From Lepidodermella squamata (taxonomy: Eukaryota; Animalia; Gastrotricha), in contig JBLDXI010000019.1 of NCBI GenBank assembly GCA_047495785.1, positions 248,001 through 312,000 of the forward strand: DNA of 64,000 nt, in the 5' to 3' direction. A program made the position numbers and the translations under genes. The notes beneath the pieces are model-generated. The model did no database searches, had not been told where the DNA came from, and saw nothing but the letters and a program-made list of their open reading frames with translations. Shown in pieces: positions 25,957-38,364 of the stretch (its first letter is position 1; each line of letters begins with the position of its first letter).

Positions 25957-26861
25957 CTACAATTCGGCTCAAGAGTCGATACACCTAGCGGTATAGCGTG
26001 TACTACCAAGGCTGAGACTACATTCATTCAACGTGACCCCGATGATTGAACAGTGTTTGATGCATACTGACTTTCTCAATCTTACTTCCGAAAAATTACT
26101 TCCGGTTAATTGTTTCATTGTATATTGGTGCCATATTCTTGCATTAAAGTTGATGACACATTTGAATCATTAGTTTCTGATATCGACGGTTGATTGAGAC
26201 GAGCGATTATCAGCTTACGCCTTCGTGTAGATCTGTTTGAAGAGCGTACCAAAAGTTTCCTCTGTCCATTGCTTCCATGATAGCAATGTTTCGTCTGTTT
26301 GCTGCTTCGCTCATTGCCGAACTCTAGTTTGAGTTATCGATTTTCCAAATCAATGATTTTTTCCGATATCGGCAGTATAGAGAGCCCACAGAGATAACTT
26401 TCAGTTATACCTCGGCTATCAGGTAGCTGAATCATCCCGCTTTTAAGCTGAACAGAAATAATCACCCAAGCGAGTTCAAACTTCAGCCTGCAAAGCCGAT
26501 ATCGATTCCAAGTATCGATTTAATAAATCAGTGATTTTCCCGATTTTCTGATATCAACCGCCTCGGAAATGGCATCGATTATTCGCAATCCAATAGCAAT
26601 CGCAATCCAACATCGATAATTCTTCTACATACCTTACGGCCTTCAATATGTTGCTAAAATGAAACATCTTAAGTTCAAGGAGGGCATCAGTATCAATCAA
26701 CAAACGAGTATCAGTATCGGGAAACGAATTGAGGTCGCTTAATTTTAGTCATGGAACGTCATGTAGACCCAAATCGTAGGGTTATAGGATGCCATGTTAT
26801 AAAAAAAATGGAAATGGTCGAAATCCTCGAAATTTATAGTTCTGTGAAACCTTAGCTTGAA

Positions 26862-27063
26862 AGATAAACATATTTATACTACAAAATACAAAATTACCCG
26901 ACTCGCACCGAATTCGTGGTAGACGTAAAAATGAAAATCTAAAGAAAAATCCAATGGTGCAGTGGTAGTATTTGGATTTTCTTTGGATTTTCATTACTAC
27001 GTCTACCACGAATTCGGTGCGAGTCGGGTAATTTTGTATTTTGTAGTATAAATATTTTTATCT
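26862..27063. repeat. Near-perfect ~200 bp inverted repeat (foldback/MITE)
   Basis: tatttatactacaaaatacaaaattacccgactcgcaccgaattcgtggtagacgta.. mirrored by ..tacgtctaccacgaattcggtgcgagtcgggtaattttgtattttgtagtataaata. Confidence 0.9.
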
Positions 27064-27345
27064 ATAAATATAATATTATCCTATGACGATCCCATTATCC
27101 ACCTTTCAAACTGTTTCCAAATTACTCAGAATAAATTAATTCAGAATTAGTTGAGAGAATCATGAAGGCCTGTCTCTTATCCGAATGTCAGAAACAAAAT
27201 TACTGGTGATGTTAATGAAATAAAATTTCATCGATCGATGAGTAAACATGTCGCGTATCCGGACCCGCGAGCGAGATCAAATGCTGAATTCCCACAAAAA
27301 TAATACCGCCTTTTGCTTTCCCAACTTCGATTAGATCATACAAAA

Positions 27346-28652
27346 ATGAGACGTCCATTTCATATTCTTTGCTGCTGTTTTCATCTCATTACCTTAGTAG
27401 CTGGCGAAGCATCACCGTACATTGAGGACATGTTTGTAGACAGCAGCAAATCGAACGCAAGCTTCATCCCAGCCAACGACAGGTTGAAGCAAGCCTTGAT
27501 AGAAACATGTTCCCTCGATTCGAGCGATAGACATGTAGCTGATGCTAAAGACATCGTTGACATTGAGATCGACTTCACTCCAGTAAGATTTCAAGGAATA
27601 TCCGATAAGGCTCAAACGTAAGTTGGAAAAAAGGTTCGCACTACCAAAAATAAGGCATAATTTTTGTTGGAAAAAGGTTCGCCATTACCGGACAGTTGGG
27701 CTTGAAATGGCGACACCCATGCGCTTATTGGGACGATGATCTCGTCTCAATCTCAACAATCGAGATGAAAGCTTCCCAAGCTTGGTATCCGGGTTTGCAG
27801 CATTCGAACACATTCGGAGATGTCACAGGGCTTAGAAAATGGCTCAACGAATACGGCAATGTTTACTTTCGGAGTGATGGCATCGCTTACATATTAATCC
27901 ACCTTAAATTCGAATCTGCTTGCTCTTTAAAGTAAGTCTATTCATCTTATTGGAAAGTAGGGCCCGTAAATTTTCCCAATTTCAGGATGAAAAAGTTCCC
28001 ATTCGACACGCAAACTTGCCGCATTTATTTGACATCTTGGTTATCGATGACCCTAGTTAACTATACGCTGAGGGGCGGTAATAGCGAGGGAGAGATGTAC
28101 ATCGCCGACAGCTTCATAAGCAAAGACGATATTTGGTCCCTAGTTGGCAATAAGGCCTACATTTGGGAGCAGGAGTATGACAACGCGGCGGACCCAAGCG
28201 GTACCACTTATCAGGACATCTACTTTTCATTCGATTTTCAACGCCAACCTGCGCTTTACATTTTGAACATCTTCTTCCCCAGCTTGGCTTTAACTGGGCT
28301 CCTACTAGCCATAGCATTCATGCCACCTGAACATCCTGATCGGTCGACTTATTCAATAACAATCGTTTTAGGCCACATGTTTCTCAACGCGAATATCATG
28401 TCGATTTTACCGCAAACCTCGGAAATTTGCTACGCAACGCTATTTATCGGCAGTCAATTAATTACGGGCGTTATTTGCTCCATTTACACAGGCCTAGCGA
28501 CTCATTTAGCTGAAATCACGTGGTTCAAACGGCGATTTCAAGACTTTTCGCAAATTTCTGTTATTGTCGTTATTGACATTATATTTTTCAGTACGCTTAC
28601 TTTCTTTAATATCGCGGTTGATACGATTCTAATTTATCTGATGTTGAATTAA
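27346..28652 (+). CDS. Cys-loop subunit 4 (397 aa); exons 27346-27617, 27677-27931, 27986-28652
   Basis: CSLKMKKFPFDTQTC, LTSW, M1-M4. Confidence 0.9.
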
Positions 28653-28845
28653 TCGTTAACCGAAAAAAATAAAATTGAGGTGAAATTAATAAAAATTTGA
28701 AAAAAAATAATTATTGTCTAAAAATCGATTTTAAGCGACGGTGTTTTCAATTTAATTAAAAGCGTTTTATTTGCGCTGATCAAACAACCCGAGATGTGAT
28801 TCCCGACCTTCAGATCTGTCATCCTGTTATCGACAATTTTTCCGA

Positions 28846-30088
28846 ATGACTGTTACCTTTCTGATCGCTGTCGTATTGATCGAAATCGCAAAATGCGACC
28901 GATTTGTGCCGTCGGGATTGGTTTTCAAGGAGGAACTTATTAGAAAATGCTCTTTGACCTCGAAATCCCGGCCAGTCGTCAAAGTCGATGAGCCAGTTAT
29001 GGTCAAAACATCATTCACGCCTTATCTATTCCTTGATATCGACGGCAGTGAGCAGACGTAATTTTTTGAATTTTAAGATGGAATTTTCGTAAATTTAAAT
29101 TTTTTCAGATTTTCGGTGGTTGCGCAGCTTGATGTAAAGTGGAAGCATCCATGCGCGGCTTGGAACAGGTCGATCGATGAAAATCCTTACTTTGAAATTT
29201 CAGCCAAGGACACCTGGTATCCGGTTATTCAGCATACAAACGCGGCTGAGAACATGTTCGTCATCAAGGAATGGATCGAAAGCATAGGACGAGTTACTTA
29301 TACTTTCTCAGGACTCGACTACATACCGGTCGTCACGACTTTCAAATCATTTTGCGAGCTTAAGTAATATTTTTAATTTTTTTAATTTTTTTTAAATTAA
29401 TATGATGACCAGCATCAAGAAGTTTCCATTCGACGAGCAAATATGCCCAGTGAACGTTGAATCCTGGTTTCCAATCAGCCTCATCCGAATGCGGGACGAC
29501 GAGAATGCGACCGCACTAACGACCCCGGAAGACATTGATTACTTCATAAGCCCAACCGAAGTTTGGGGCTATGAAAGTCTAACCAAGCAACAAAAAGTCA
29601 TTCAATACCTCGGCGTAGTAGACGGAGCTGGTAACGAGTACGACCGAGTTACCTATGAATTCCGCTTCAAGCGAAAGCCTTCGTTCTACCTGATCAACAT
29701 TTTCTTCCCGAGTTTCACCCTAGCGATTCTGCTGCTCGCTATTGGATTCATGCCGCCTAGACACCCTGATCGCCCAGCTTATTGCATAACTGTAGTGCTA
29801 GCTTATACAGTTCTACAGGCAAATATCAACAATTTGCTGCCGCAGTCGTCTGAAATCTGCTATGCTGTCATGTTTTTGATGATCCAATTGACAACCAGTG
29901 TCATCTGCACGGTTTACACCCTGTTGACGTGTCACCTGGCGAGGCGCAAGACCATGCAGCAATTGGTCTGCCTATCAGGGTGCCTGAAAATATCAAAAAT
30001 TCGCGTCTATGATGTCGTTTTCTTTGTCGTATTCGCAGTTGTAAACACCCTATCTGATTCTGTTATTTTCTATCTCATGATGCACTGA
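28846..30088 (+). CDS. Cys-loop subunit 5 (380 aa); exons 28846-29057, 29109-29363, 29413-30088
   Basis: CELNIKKFPFDEQIC, VESW, RKP, M1-M4. Confidence 0.9.
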
Positions 30089-30427
30089 AAATTTTGAAAA
30101 TAAAAGTCATTGAGGGTCACAGGCCTTTGTCTCCCTCAAAATCCGAGTCCAGTCACGGGGAACGGAACAAAAAATAAATCAATATCAATCATTATACAGG
30201 TCAAGTGTAGTTATTACTGCACCAGTTTTTTAGGAATAAGCGCCCTTTATATCCCTATATTTGAACTTAATGGTACTACTTCCGATGTCGCTTAAATCGA
30301 TCCAAACCCCATTATTTTTCAAATTTATTGAATTCCAGTATGGCTGCGGGGTATCTCATTTTGACCTAGCCCCGACAATATTTTTTCAATCATGAGTTTA
30401 TTGACTCACAGTCTGATAATCAAAAAA

Positions 30428-31847
30428 ATGCAATTAATTCTGATTTTTCTGCTGTTTTACTTCGAATTGGCTGGTGCGGGTAAAGATGGTGACGTTTTCT
30501 ATCCATCTGATGAGCTATTTAAGCGCCGTCTTGTCGAAAAATGCTGCCTTGACTCTAACATGCGGCCAGTTGAAAAAACTTCGGACGTAGTCGAAGTTGA
30601 AGCATCGCTAATGCTGTTTCTATTCAACGGAATCAACGACAAAGCTCAGACGTAAGTCGATTAGAATACGATTCGGACCTTTTTTAATTTTGTAAATTTG
30701 TAGATTCAAAATTACCGCAGAGTTGGACCTCCGTTGGATACATCCTTGTGCTCAATGGAACGCCTCGGAAAGTCCATCTTTGGAAATTATGCTTCCCGCT
30801 TCAATGGCGTGGTATCCTACTATAATCCACGCAAATGCTGTTGAGGATTTACTTGGGCTTGTCAAATGGCAGAATGAACTTGGAGAGGTATATTTCACAC
30901 AGGATGGGATGTCATATTCAGCGATTTTCCGCGAATTCGCCTCATCATGCCGTTTGAAGTAAGTCAAAGTTCCTTTAGTTAAATTTAACCACTTTAAAGC
31001 TAAAAGAAATCTTAAAATCTTCCTAGCTATCACTGTATTCACCCGTTTTTGCCATAAAAAAAGGTCACATGACCAGCTTCATACCGTGTTTTCTCGGTCC
31101 TGATTTTTTCCTAATCCCCGATTTTTTTCTCTATCGCGTCGATAGGTCTCAACAACTTAAATTTCTGCGATTTTTTGCAGCCTTAAACGATTTCCCTTCG
31201 ACACTCAAACATGTCGTGTTACCTTCGACACTTGGGATGCTACCTCGATATTGCGGCTGAAAGCTAGTAACGACAGCAAGCTGATCCCTGGCCATCAAGT
31301 ATTCAAGCCTTCCGATGTTTGGGAATTCGTCGACTACTACACGCAAACGGCCACACGCGAGTATGAAAACCAGGTCAGCGAAAGCGGCAAGGAGTTTGAT
31401 TCTGTGTTTTTCATCTTCGTTGTACGGCGCAAATCTTCAATTTATTTCGTCAACATATTTTTCCCTTGCTTTTCCCTCTCCTTCATCCTATGTGCTGTTG
31501 GGCTGATACCGCCGAAATTCCCAGATCGAAGCGTGTGCTGCGTTACCGTTATGCTAGCTTTCATGGTTGTCAGTTCGAACGTCGCTGAATTATTGCCGCA
31601 ATCGTCTGACATCACTTACGCATCGATTTTCATCACCTACCAACTTGTCGCCAGTCTTGTTTGCACGATATATTCAATTTCCGCGTGCAAACTCGCGACG
31701 CAGCCGAAATTTCGCCAGGTTATCGAAATCCGGGATCGAGAGCTGACGCAACTCATAACTTTGATTGACCTACTGTTTTTTTCTGCCATCACAGTTTGCA
31801 ATATTATCAGCGCGGCCGTAATTTTCGGTATAGCGGTGCAAAATTAA
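30428..31847 (+). CDS. Cys-loop subunit 6 (381 aa); exons 30428-30651, 30704-30958, 31181-31847
   Basis: CRLNLKRFPFDTQTC, FDTW, M1-M4. Confidence 0.9.
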
Positions 31848-32329
31848 TTAAAAATAAAAAACTGAATTACAAATGAAAAGTTGGGTTCGGCGAATTTTCG
31901 GTATTTTCCAGCAAAAAGTGGCATAAAACGTGTGTTGACTTGAAGAGGGGCGATTCTTGAATTCCTACATGTCCTTACTCAATTTTTCTTGAGGATTCCG
32001 ATATTTCAGAATTCTGACCTCTATTAGGAGGCCCCCATCCACCTCAAAACACGGGAGACCCCAAGGTGTCGCCAAAAATGCTTATCGATTTAGGTTGACG
32101 TGAAAGCATTACCTTGATTCCATCAACATTTTTTAATATCTTGCAAGATTCCTCCACCGCAAATGACCCCATTAGATCATGAGAAAATAATGTCAACATT
32201 TATTGCGCGACGAATTATTAATTGAGGCAATAAAAAACTAAATTTGTTAAGCGCGCATTTTTTCAAAATGAGCAATTTTCACCCGGTAACCCGGCAAACC
32301 ATACTTTCCCCCTTTTCACGGTCATATCG

Positions 32330-32510
32330 TTTAGCGGAGCCAAATTTACAGTAGCGGATCAAATATGCTGTCGTAATGGAACCAAAGGTAATTTTGTAAT
32401 TTTATTGCGTTTTATTGATACCAAAGAAATAACCAGATAAATGATTTCAGGCCGCTAGAAAATTTTTAGAAAATTTGGCTCCGCTACAGCAATCAAGTTC
32501 CGCTCACCGT
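32330..32510 (+). repeat. Dispersed repeat with GCGGAACCAAATTT-like subrepeats; inverted copy at ~42383-42660
   Basis: Blocks match the reverse complement of 42383-42660. Confidence 0.6.
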
Positions 32511-33330
32511 AATTTTGGAGGAAAACCAAATGAAAAATATTAAGGCGGAATTTTTCAAAAAATATGTTTTTACTATTAAAAATTGGAAAATCGAAATATT
32601 ATGAAGAAGTAGAAGCGCACGCACATTTCTTCACCAATTAGTAGAAAATGTATCACGTTTGCTTAGAAAATCAAGCCAGCTCTTCGAGACCAGATAAAGA
32701 TGGTAACGAGATCAGGTCGCGCAGCGACGATTCCTTGTTGATAAGCTGGTTGAATTTACGGCAAACGTGGTTGATGTAAATATTGAGCAATCGCCACTGC
32801 CTCGCCGCTTTCGACGAAGAGCCAGCCGCTAATAACTGGTTGTAGCCGCGTCGACGCCCGGCGTTATTATCAGCCGCCGCTTCATCCATCGTCGTTGAAA
32901 ATTCATCATCTTCAGAGTCCATTGCGTGTTGAAGTAATAATGTTCTGTAGTATATTACGCGAGACGAAAAAAGACCAGGTAGAATAAATAGCACGCAATG
33001 TAATTTGGGAGTCGAGAGGCACTACTCGGCGTGGTTTTTCCTGCTCGCCAGGGGGCTGGGCTTTGTTTACCTACGAGTGGGTATTTCAGGGACACACAAA
33101 AAGAAGAAGCTGAGCGTGACCTGGTGCGAGCAGCGACGAAGAATAAAAAAAAAGCCAGTAATAATTGTGCGCACACGCGCTGCGCTGTTTATTTATTGCG
33201 GCTCATCTCTGCCTGCCTACCCACGTCATCGCACCGGCGACATACCTCGCGCCATTAATCAGCACGGCGGCAGCAGGTGTCCGCGCATCATCGCACGAGT
33301 CACTATTATTCATAATATTACTATTTCACA

Positions 33331-36197
33331 TTAAATCGCGTAAAGTTGTTCGTGTTTCTTATTAATGCTCATCCGCGCGAGGAAATGGCTTCGTCGAGCG
33401 ACACTCATATTATTGTTATTATCGTCGAAACCAGCAGCGCCGTCAACAGGCGATGTTTTTCGCTTCGCAATCAAACCGGACGTAGTTAGCGCGAAAGATG
33501 AGAATGAGACAAAAATCGCTGCTAAGCTGTATTCCATCATTTGAATGACGGGATTTTTGTCGAACATCACGCTGAGTAGCAGGGCGCAACTTAGGACAGC
33601 GACGAGGTTCATTTCAATCACGGCGTAACGTTTTAGTAGATCAGCCTCCCCACGCTGTATCCTGACTCGATTCAAAACTGCGCAGGTGAATGTAATTAGA
33701 GCCGCTAGAACTTGCGCGAGTCCGAAAAACACGACGAAAGCTTGCCGGTTCGAAGAATAACACGTCAAGAATTTCGCCGTGACGTAGGCGTCCCTGTCTT
33801 GATAATAAACAGGTTTTTGGGTCAAATCGAACCAGACTCCATAGGGCGTGTCCAGACTCATGAATAAAATAACGCAAATTCCATTACCGTATTTTACGAA
33901 TTATTAGGCAGGACCCAATTATAGGGCAGAACCGGAATAAAGGGCAGAGGGTAATGGTCATTTGAAATAATAAAGGGCAGAACCTTATTAATAGGCAGGG
34001 CCTTGTATGAAGTGGCTTACATGAGCGCCTGCTGCGTAAGTGGTTAAAGTTGGATAGGTTGCGATTTTTCGTCAGTAAGTGCACTAATCGTCCTTTATCC
34101 ACCTTAATCTACATGAGTACACACTTCACGCGTGTAGTCACAGGTGGAAGGCAGTAGCTATAGGGGTTATTCGGCGGTTTTAACTGTTGATATAGGTACT
34201 TTTCAGGTGACTGATTAGGTTCGAAAAATTATAGGGCAGAGCCGAATTAAAGGGCAGACCCTAAATACAGGGCAGGACTTGAACCTCGTTTGAAAAAAAT
34301 ACAGGGCAGGGTCTTATAATTCGTAAAATACGGTAATCGCCGTGTAAATTGAGAAGAATTTTTTCGAAAAATCTAGAACTTGTCGCGACTTTTTCTCCCT
34401 TATTATTTGAACATTCGAAGGTCGTCTGGCTGATATTTGAAATTGCCCGCCGTCAATTGAAGTTCTCGCAGACAGATAATGAGTCGCCATTGAATGCCGC
34501 TGGACAGTTGGTTTCAAGATCAGCAAAGCGTGATTGACAATAGCTTCCGTTGTCATACCTCCATTCAACAGAATCATGCCAATTATTGGGAAAAACGTGT
34601 TTAAAACACAAGATGGTACAAGTTTCACGACGAAAAACACCGCACCTAGGCTAATGAGAATGCACCCAGACAAAATCGACGCCCTCGCAATTTTTTCGAA
34701 CCCGGTCGACTGATTGTCCCTAAGCAACAAGACGATCATCGCGATTACTTCGGAAAAGCACAAAAACGACGTGGAAATCACTACAAAAAGCGTAAAGCCA
34801 CGAGGCAATTCGACGAAATCTATCACCGAAGTAGGTGCAGGTATCGGGGGCCACGTGGCGTTGATTGTGTTCCACTTCAGCCTGGAAATTTGCCGTATTC
34901 GATAGCTATCAGGATCGTCGAATCTCATGGTCTGATTTCGTTCGACGATGTGAATCATTTCGAAGTAATTTCTGTCAGATATCCATTGATAAGCAGCTTG
35001 CGGCTCGTTTTCAGCCTCGAGGCGGTCTGAATACCGAAATTTCCCAACCCTGAGCCCAGTAAAATCAGTTTTCGCAGCGGTTTGGTTCAAAACTTTGAAA
35101 ACCTGACTCGAATTAGTCCTGTAATCTAAAAAGGTCAAATTCATTTTTGCCAGCAAGTGAGAAGAAGTATTAAGGACGAGAAGGCCCTGTAGAACCGCAT
35201 CGTGGCACAAATCTCGAATGATAAAATCCGGAACGGTCGATGGTTGCTTGACTATTTTACTGAGCCTATCATCCAATTCGACCTTGTCGTAGCCAAGCGA
35301 TGTCTTCTCGTCTGATTTTGTCGAAAACATAGTAGTGCCGACCCAAAATGTGTACTTGATTTGTTCGAGTAGCATATCCTTATCGCAATTCGCAGGAAGT
35401 TTAGGAAGTTTGCCCAAAGGGTCGAAAATCGCCTGAGGATGGGCGATGAACACGTACTTGAAACCCGTCAATCCCTGTTTCAACGCAACGCAAAAAAATC
35501 GAATAACAGGATCAATTACAGTGAATTCAAGTAGGACAACCCTCAAATCGCTGTTTTTCAACGACATAACGCTGTTGTCGTCTACGTCAACGACTGATTC
35601 AAACCAAGGAACGGCGACTCCATTTTGCATCAACAGATTTTGTGTAGCAACGGCTCCGGTGAAGTCGCGAAAAGCTGACGAGCTGGTTAAAATCGCTACT
35701 TTCGACCATTTTCCAACATTTTTGACAAATCGAAACCGCGAGAAGACGACAACATCGGCTGTTACTCGAATGTGGTAGAGATTCGGGAACATTATTCGAT
35801 TTCCGGATGAAATCGAGGCTGTGCAGCCTGTTCCAAGGTTCAACATATCGATATAGTGAAGAGTTTTCGCCATGGCGAGACAACCGTTTGAAAAATTAGG
35901 TCCGATGATGACTGGCGACATTGGGTTGAAGTTGCGTTGAAACAACATGACTTCTTTCGTTGAAAATACAGCATTGGTACCTTCGTCTCGGTAAACTGGG
36001 ACAATTTCATAGTCGGGCAGTATGTCAGTCCTGGAATTAGCTTCGTCGATGGCGATCTGGCTAACTGCCTGGCAAACCTGGCCATCGCGAGGCTCGTTAC
36101 CAGTGAAATTGATGAGGATCAACAGATGGAGCTTATTTGGCTTGGAGCCAGTGGTTCCGAAGAACACGCAGAGCAGGGTCAAAGTAGTGCGAAGCAT
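33331..36197 (-). pseudogene. Intronless class C (GABA-B-like) GPCR, Venus flytrap plus 7TM, interrupted by a MITE; 805 aa if the MITE is removed
   Basis: IAIDEANSRTDILPDYEI, IIGPNFS, WSKVAIL, HDAV, then TM helices; removing 33887-34333 plus one TA joins the two ORFs in frame. Confidence 0.8.
33887..34333. mobile_element. Tc1/mariner-pogo-type MITE with TA target-site duplication
   Basis: TA|CCGTATTTTACGAATTAT ... ATAATTCGTAAAATACGG|TA; internal AGGGCAG subrepeats. Confidence 0.9.
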
Positions 36198-36655
36198 GTT
36201 AATTTTATCAAAAGTGTTTTGAAAATTTTATTAGTAGGAGAATGTTTTTTTAGCTCAATGTCGGAACTGCGTTTTCATTACCGAAAATGATGTACGCTTC
36301 GAGAAAAAATCATTACTCAAAATTAAATTCCAAAAATGAGATCCGACAACTTGATTATAATTACTTGAAAGCCACGACCCTCTCGTGAGATTAAAATTTC
36401 GTCTAGGTTTCATTAATTTATTTCCAGCTCTGTGTCTCACTGTTCTTATTTGAGTGACATTACGTGGCTAATTAAGTGGTGACAGGTATCACTAGGCTCT
36501 GAAGATATGACGATTAAGTTGTTTTCGAAAAATTGAGTGAACACGTGCAAAAAATTAGGCACGCGACTATGGGTGAACAATTCATGAATAAGACTGGAAA
36601 AAATCGGAAATAATTTTTTTTTGTAATTTTGAGTCGTTCAGTTTTGCTTCGAAAA

Positions 36656-37222
36656 ATGATCCGAGGAGCTCAGTTTTTTGGCTACCGAATTTTGCCGCAT
36701 TCAGTATCTGCGGATAACCTGAATGAGAAGCGCGATTCAAGAGATTTATTCAACGACCATACCGTCCCGGTTGATGATTTATTCGTCATTGAACAACAAC
36801 CGCCAACTGTTTTGTACGTAGTCGCCCAAAATAAGCCATCGGATGACGACGAAGTTCGAGTCTACAACCCGTCTATCGAGCGTCATCGTATCGCTGCGAT
36901 CATCCTGTCAATGCTGTCCTATCTATGCGGAGCTTGGATTTGTTCGATCCCTGCCTTAGTTCTGGCTCTACTGCCAAGCTGTGCTAACCGACCCCAGTCG
37001 CGGCAAGCTCGGCCTTACTATGTTGCTTCGATCATTCTGGCTTTGATTGCAATTGTCGTCGGCGGTGTTGTGGTTATTACGACTTCGGTTTGGTACTATC
37101 AGTGTCTGTTCAAGCCGATTTCAAATTCTTCGATGAGCCATCACTTCGTTCATCATAATCGAAACTCCAGCTATTTCTCCGAACAGCTGAATTCAACCAA
37201 TTCGGGAAATTCAACGATTTGA
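36656..37222 (+). CDS. CD225/dispanin-like protein
   Basis: IAAIILSMLSYLCGAWICSIPALVLALLP..RPYYVASIILALIAI. Confidence 0.75.
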   Translation: MIRGAQFFGYRILPHSVSADNLNEKRDSRDLFNDHTVPVDDLFVIEQQPPTVLYVVAQNKPSDDDEVRVYNPSIERHRIAAIILSMLSYLCGAWICSIPALVLALLPSCANRPQSRQARPYYVASIILALIAIVVGGVVVITTSVWYYQCLFKPISNSSMSHHFVHHNRNSSYFSEQLNSTNSGNSTI

Positions 37223-37965
37223 TCGGTTCGAACAAAATATCGCAGAATGAAAGACGAATCAAATTAGCATGAATCTATGAGGAGAAATGAAATAAATTAT
37301 CTGTTGAATAGAAATTGGAGCCCTTTCTTCTTCATTTTTTACCGGTCTAACTTTTAGCGGAACCTAATTTTGTAAGTTCCAATGAGCCTGAAACCATTTT
37401 TCTAAAATTTCAAGGATGTCATCATTGATCGGCATAATTTGAAATAAATCATCTTTGAATTCAGAGTAAAATTCTGTATAAGACGCAATTTTTGCTATGG
37501 AATTCATACATTGCCGTGATTTCGTCGAAAAATTCGAAAAAAGACATTTGGCCTATCTAAAATTTGTTTCATGATTTTTACCAGCAATTTTCTATCTTTC
37601 AGATCAAGACTCTTTGCAGTGATTTGTAGCTAAATTTTTACGATTTTTCTGAACTTCGGCAGAAATTATTATTGGAATTTTTACTGAGCACATTTTCACT
37701 GCAATGATTCATCAGTCCTTGCTATCATGCCTTGTTTTTCTATACACGTCGCAAGTTATGTATTCAAGCAAAAAGGTGAACACGAACACGCATGAGTACA
37801 CGGTAATAGCAAATGTCTCTGGGCATTAGCATTATAGAAAAATAACGCTACATTGTCGAGTTTGAATCGTTGGCGTATACTTTTTCCATCCTACTCGTTT
37901 TTCTTTTAACACAAGAAAATAGGAAACAATCGCTCTCAGTCGAGTTTGATATCAAAAATTCAACA

Positions 37966-38364
37966 ATGGCCGACCAGTTTTCCTACAGTCAAATGCGGAT
38001 AGATTCGGAATCAAGGCAGCACACAACCGTAGGAATGGCCTTGATTGAAACGCCCGCTTTTGACAAGCAGACAAACTGCAACCGGATCGCAGCCATCGCT
38101 TCTTCCACCATCTCTTTCATCTCGACCCTGGTCTTATGGCCGCCAGCGCTATTCTGCACCTTGCCGGCTTTTATTCTAGCCATGGTCCCGCACTGCTCCC
38201 GAGTCACAAGAGCTCGGGTTGTTCGGCCGATTTACATAACTTCAATAGTTTTAGCCTCTGTTGGTCTCGCTTTTTTCGTGATTTGTTACGCGATTATCGG
38301 AGGCTCTTATTTCGCCTTCGTAGCCGCTTTAAATCGTCAAAATAATACAATGTCAAGCCCGTGA
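37966..38364 (+). CDS. CD225/dispanin-like protein
   Basis: RIAAIASS..FCTLPAFILAMVPHC..RPIYITSIVLAS. Confidence 0.7.
   Translation: MADQFSYSQMRIDSESRQHTTVGMALIETPAFDKQTNCNRIAAIASSTISFISTLVLWPPALFCTLPAFILAMVPHCSRVTRARVVRPIYITSIVLASVGLAFFVICYAIIGGSYFAFVAALNRQNNTMSSP

Noticed and set aside
25960-26320. Possible minus-strand spliced gene relic (NFWYAL, lectin-like)
   Set aside because: Could not assemble a consistent reading frame
17637-31847. Naming the channels as nAChR alpha subunits
   Set aside because: No loop-C vicinal cysteines and no GEK motif; no gene symbol is justified
32671-33365. Small ORFs downstream of the GPCR (e.g. MDSEDDEF..)
   Set aside because: No recognisable family or paralog; cannot support as genes
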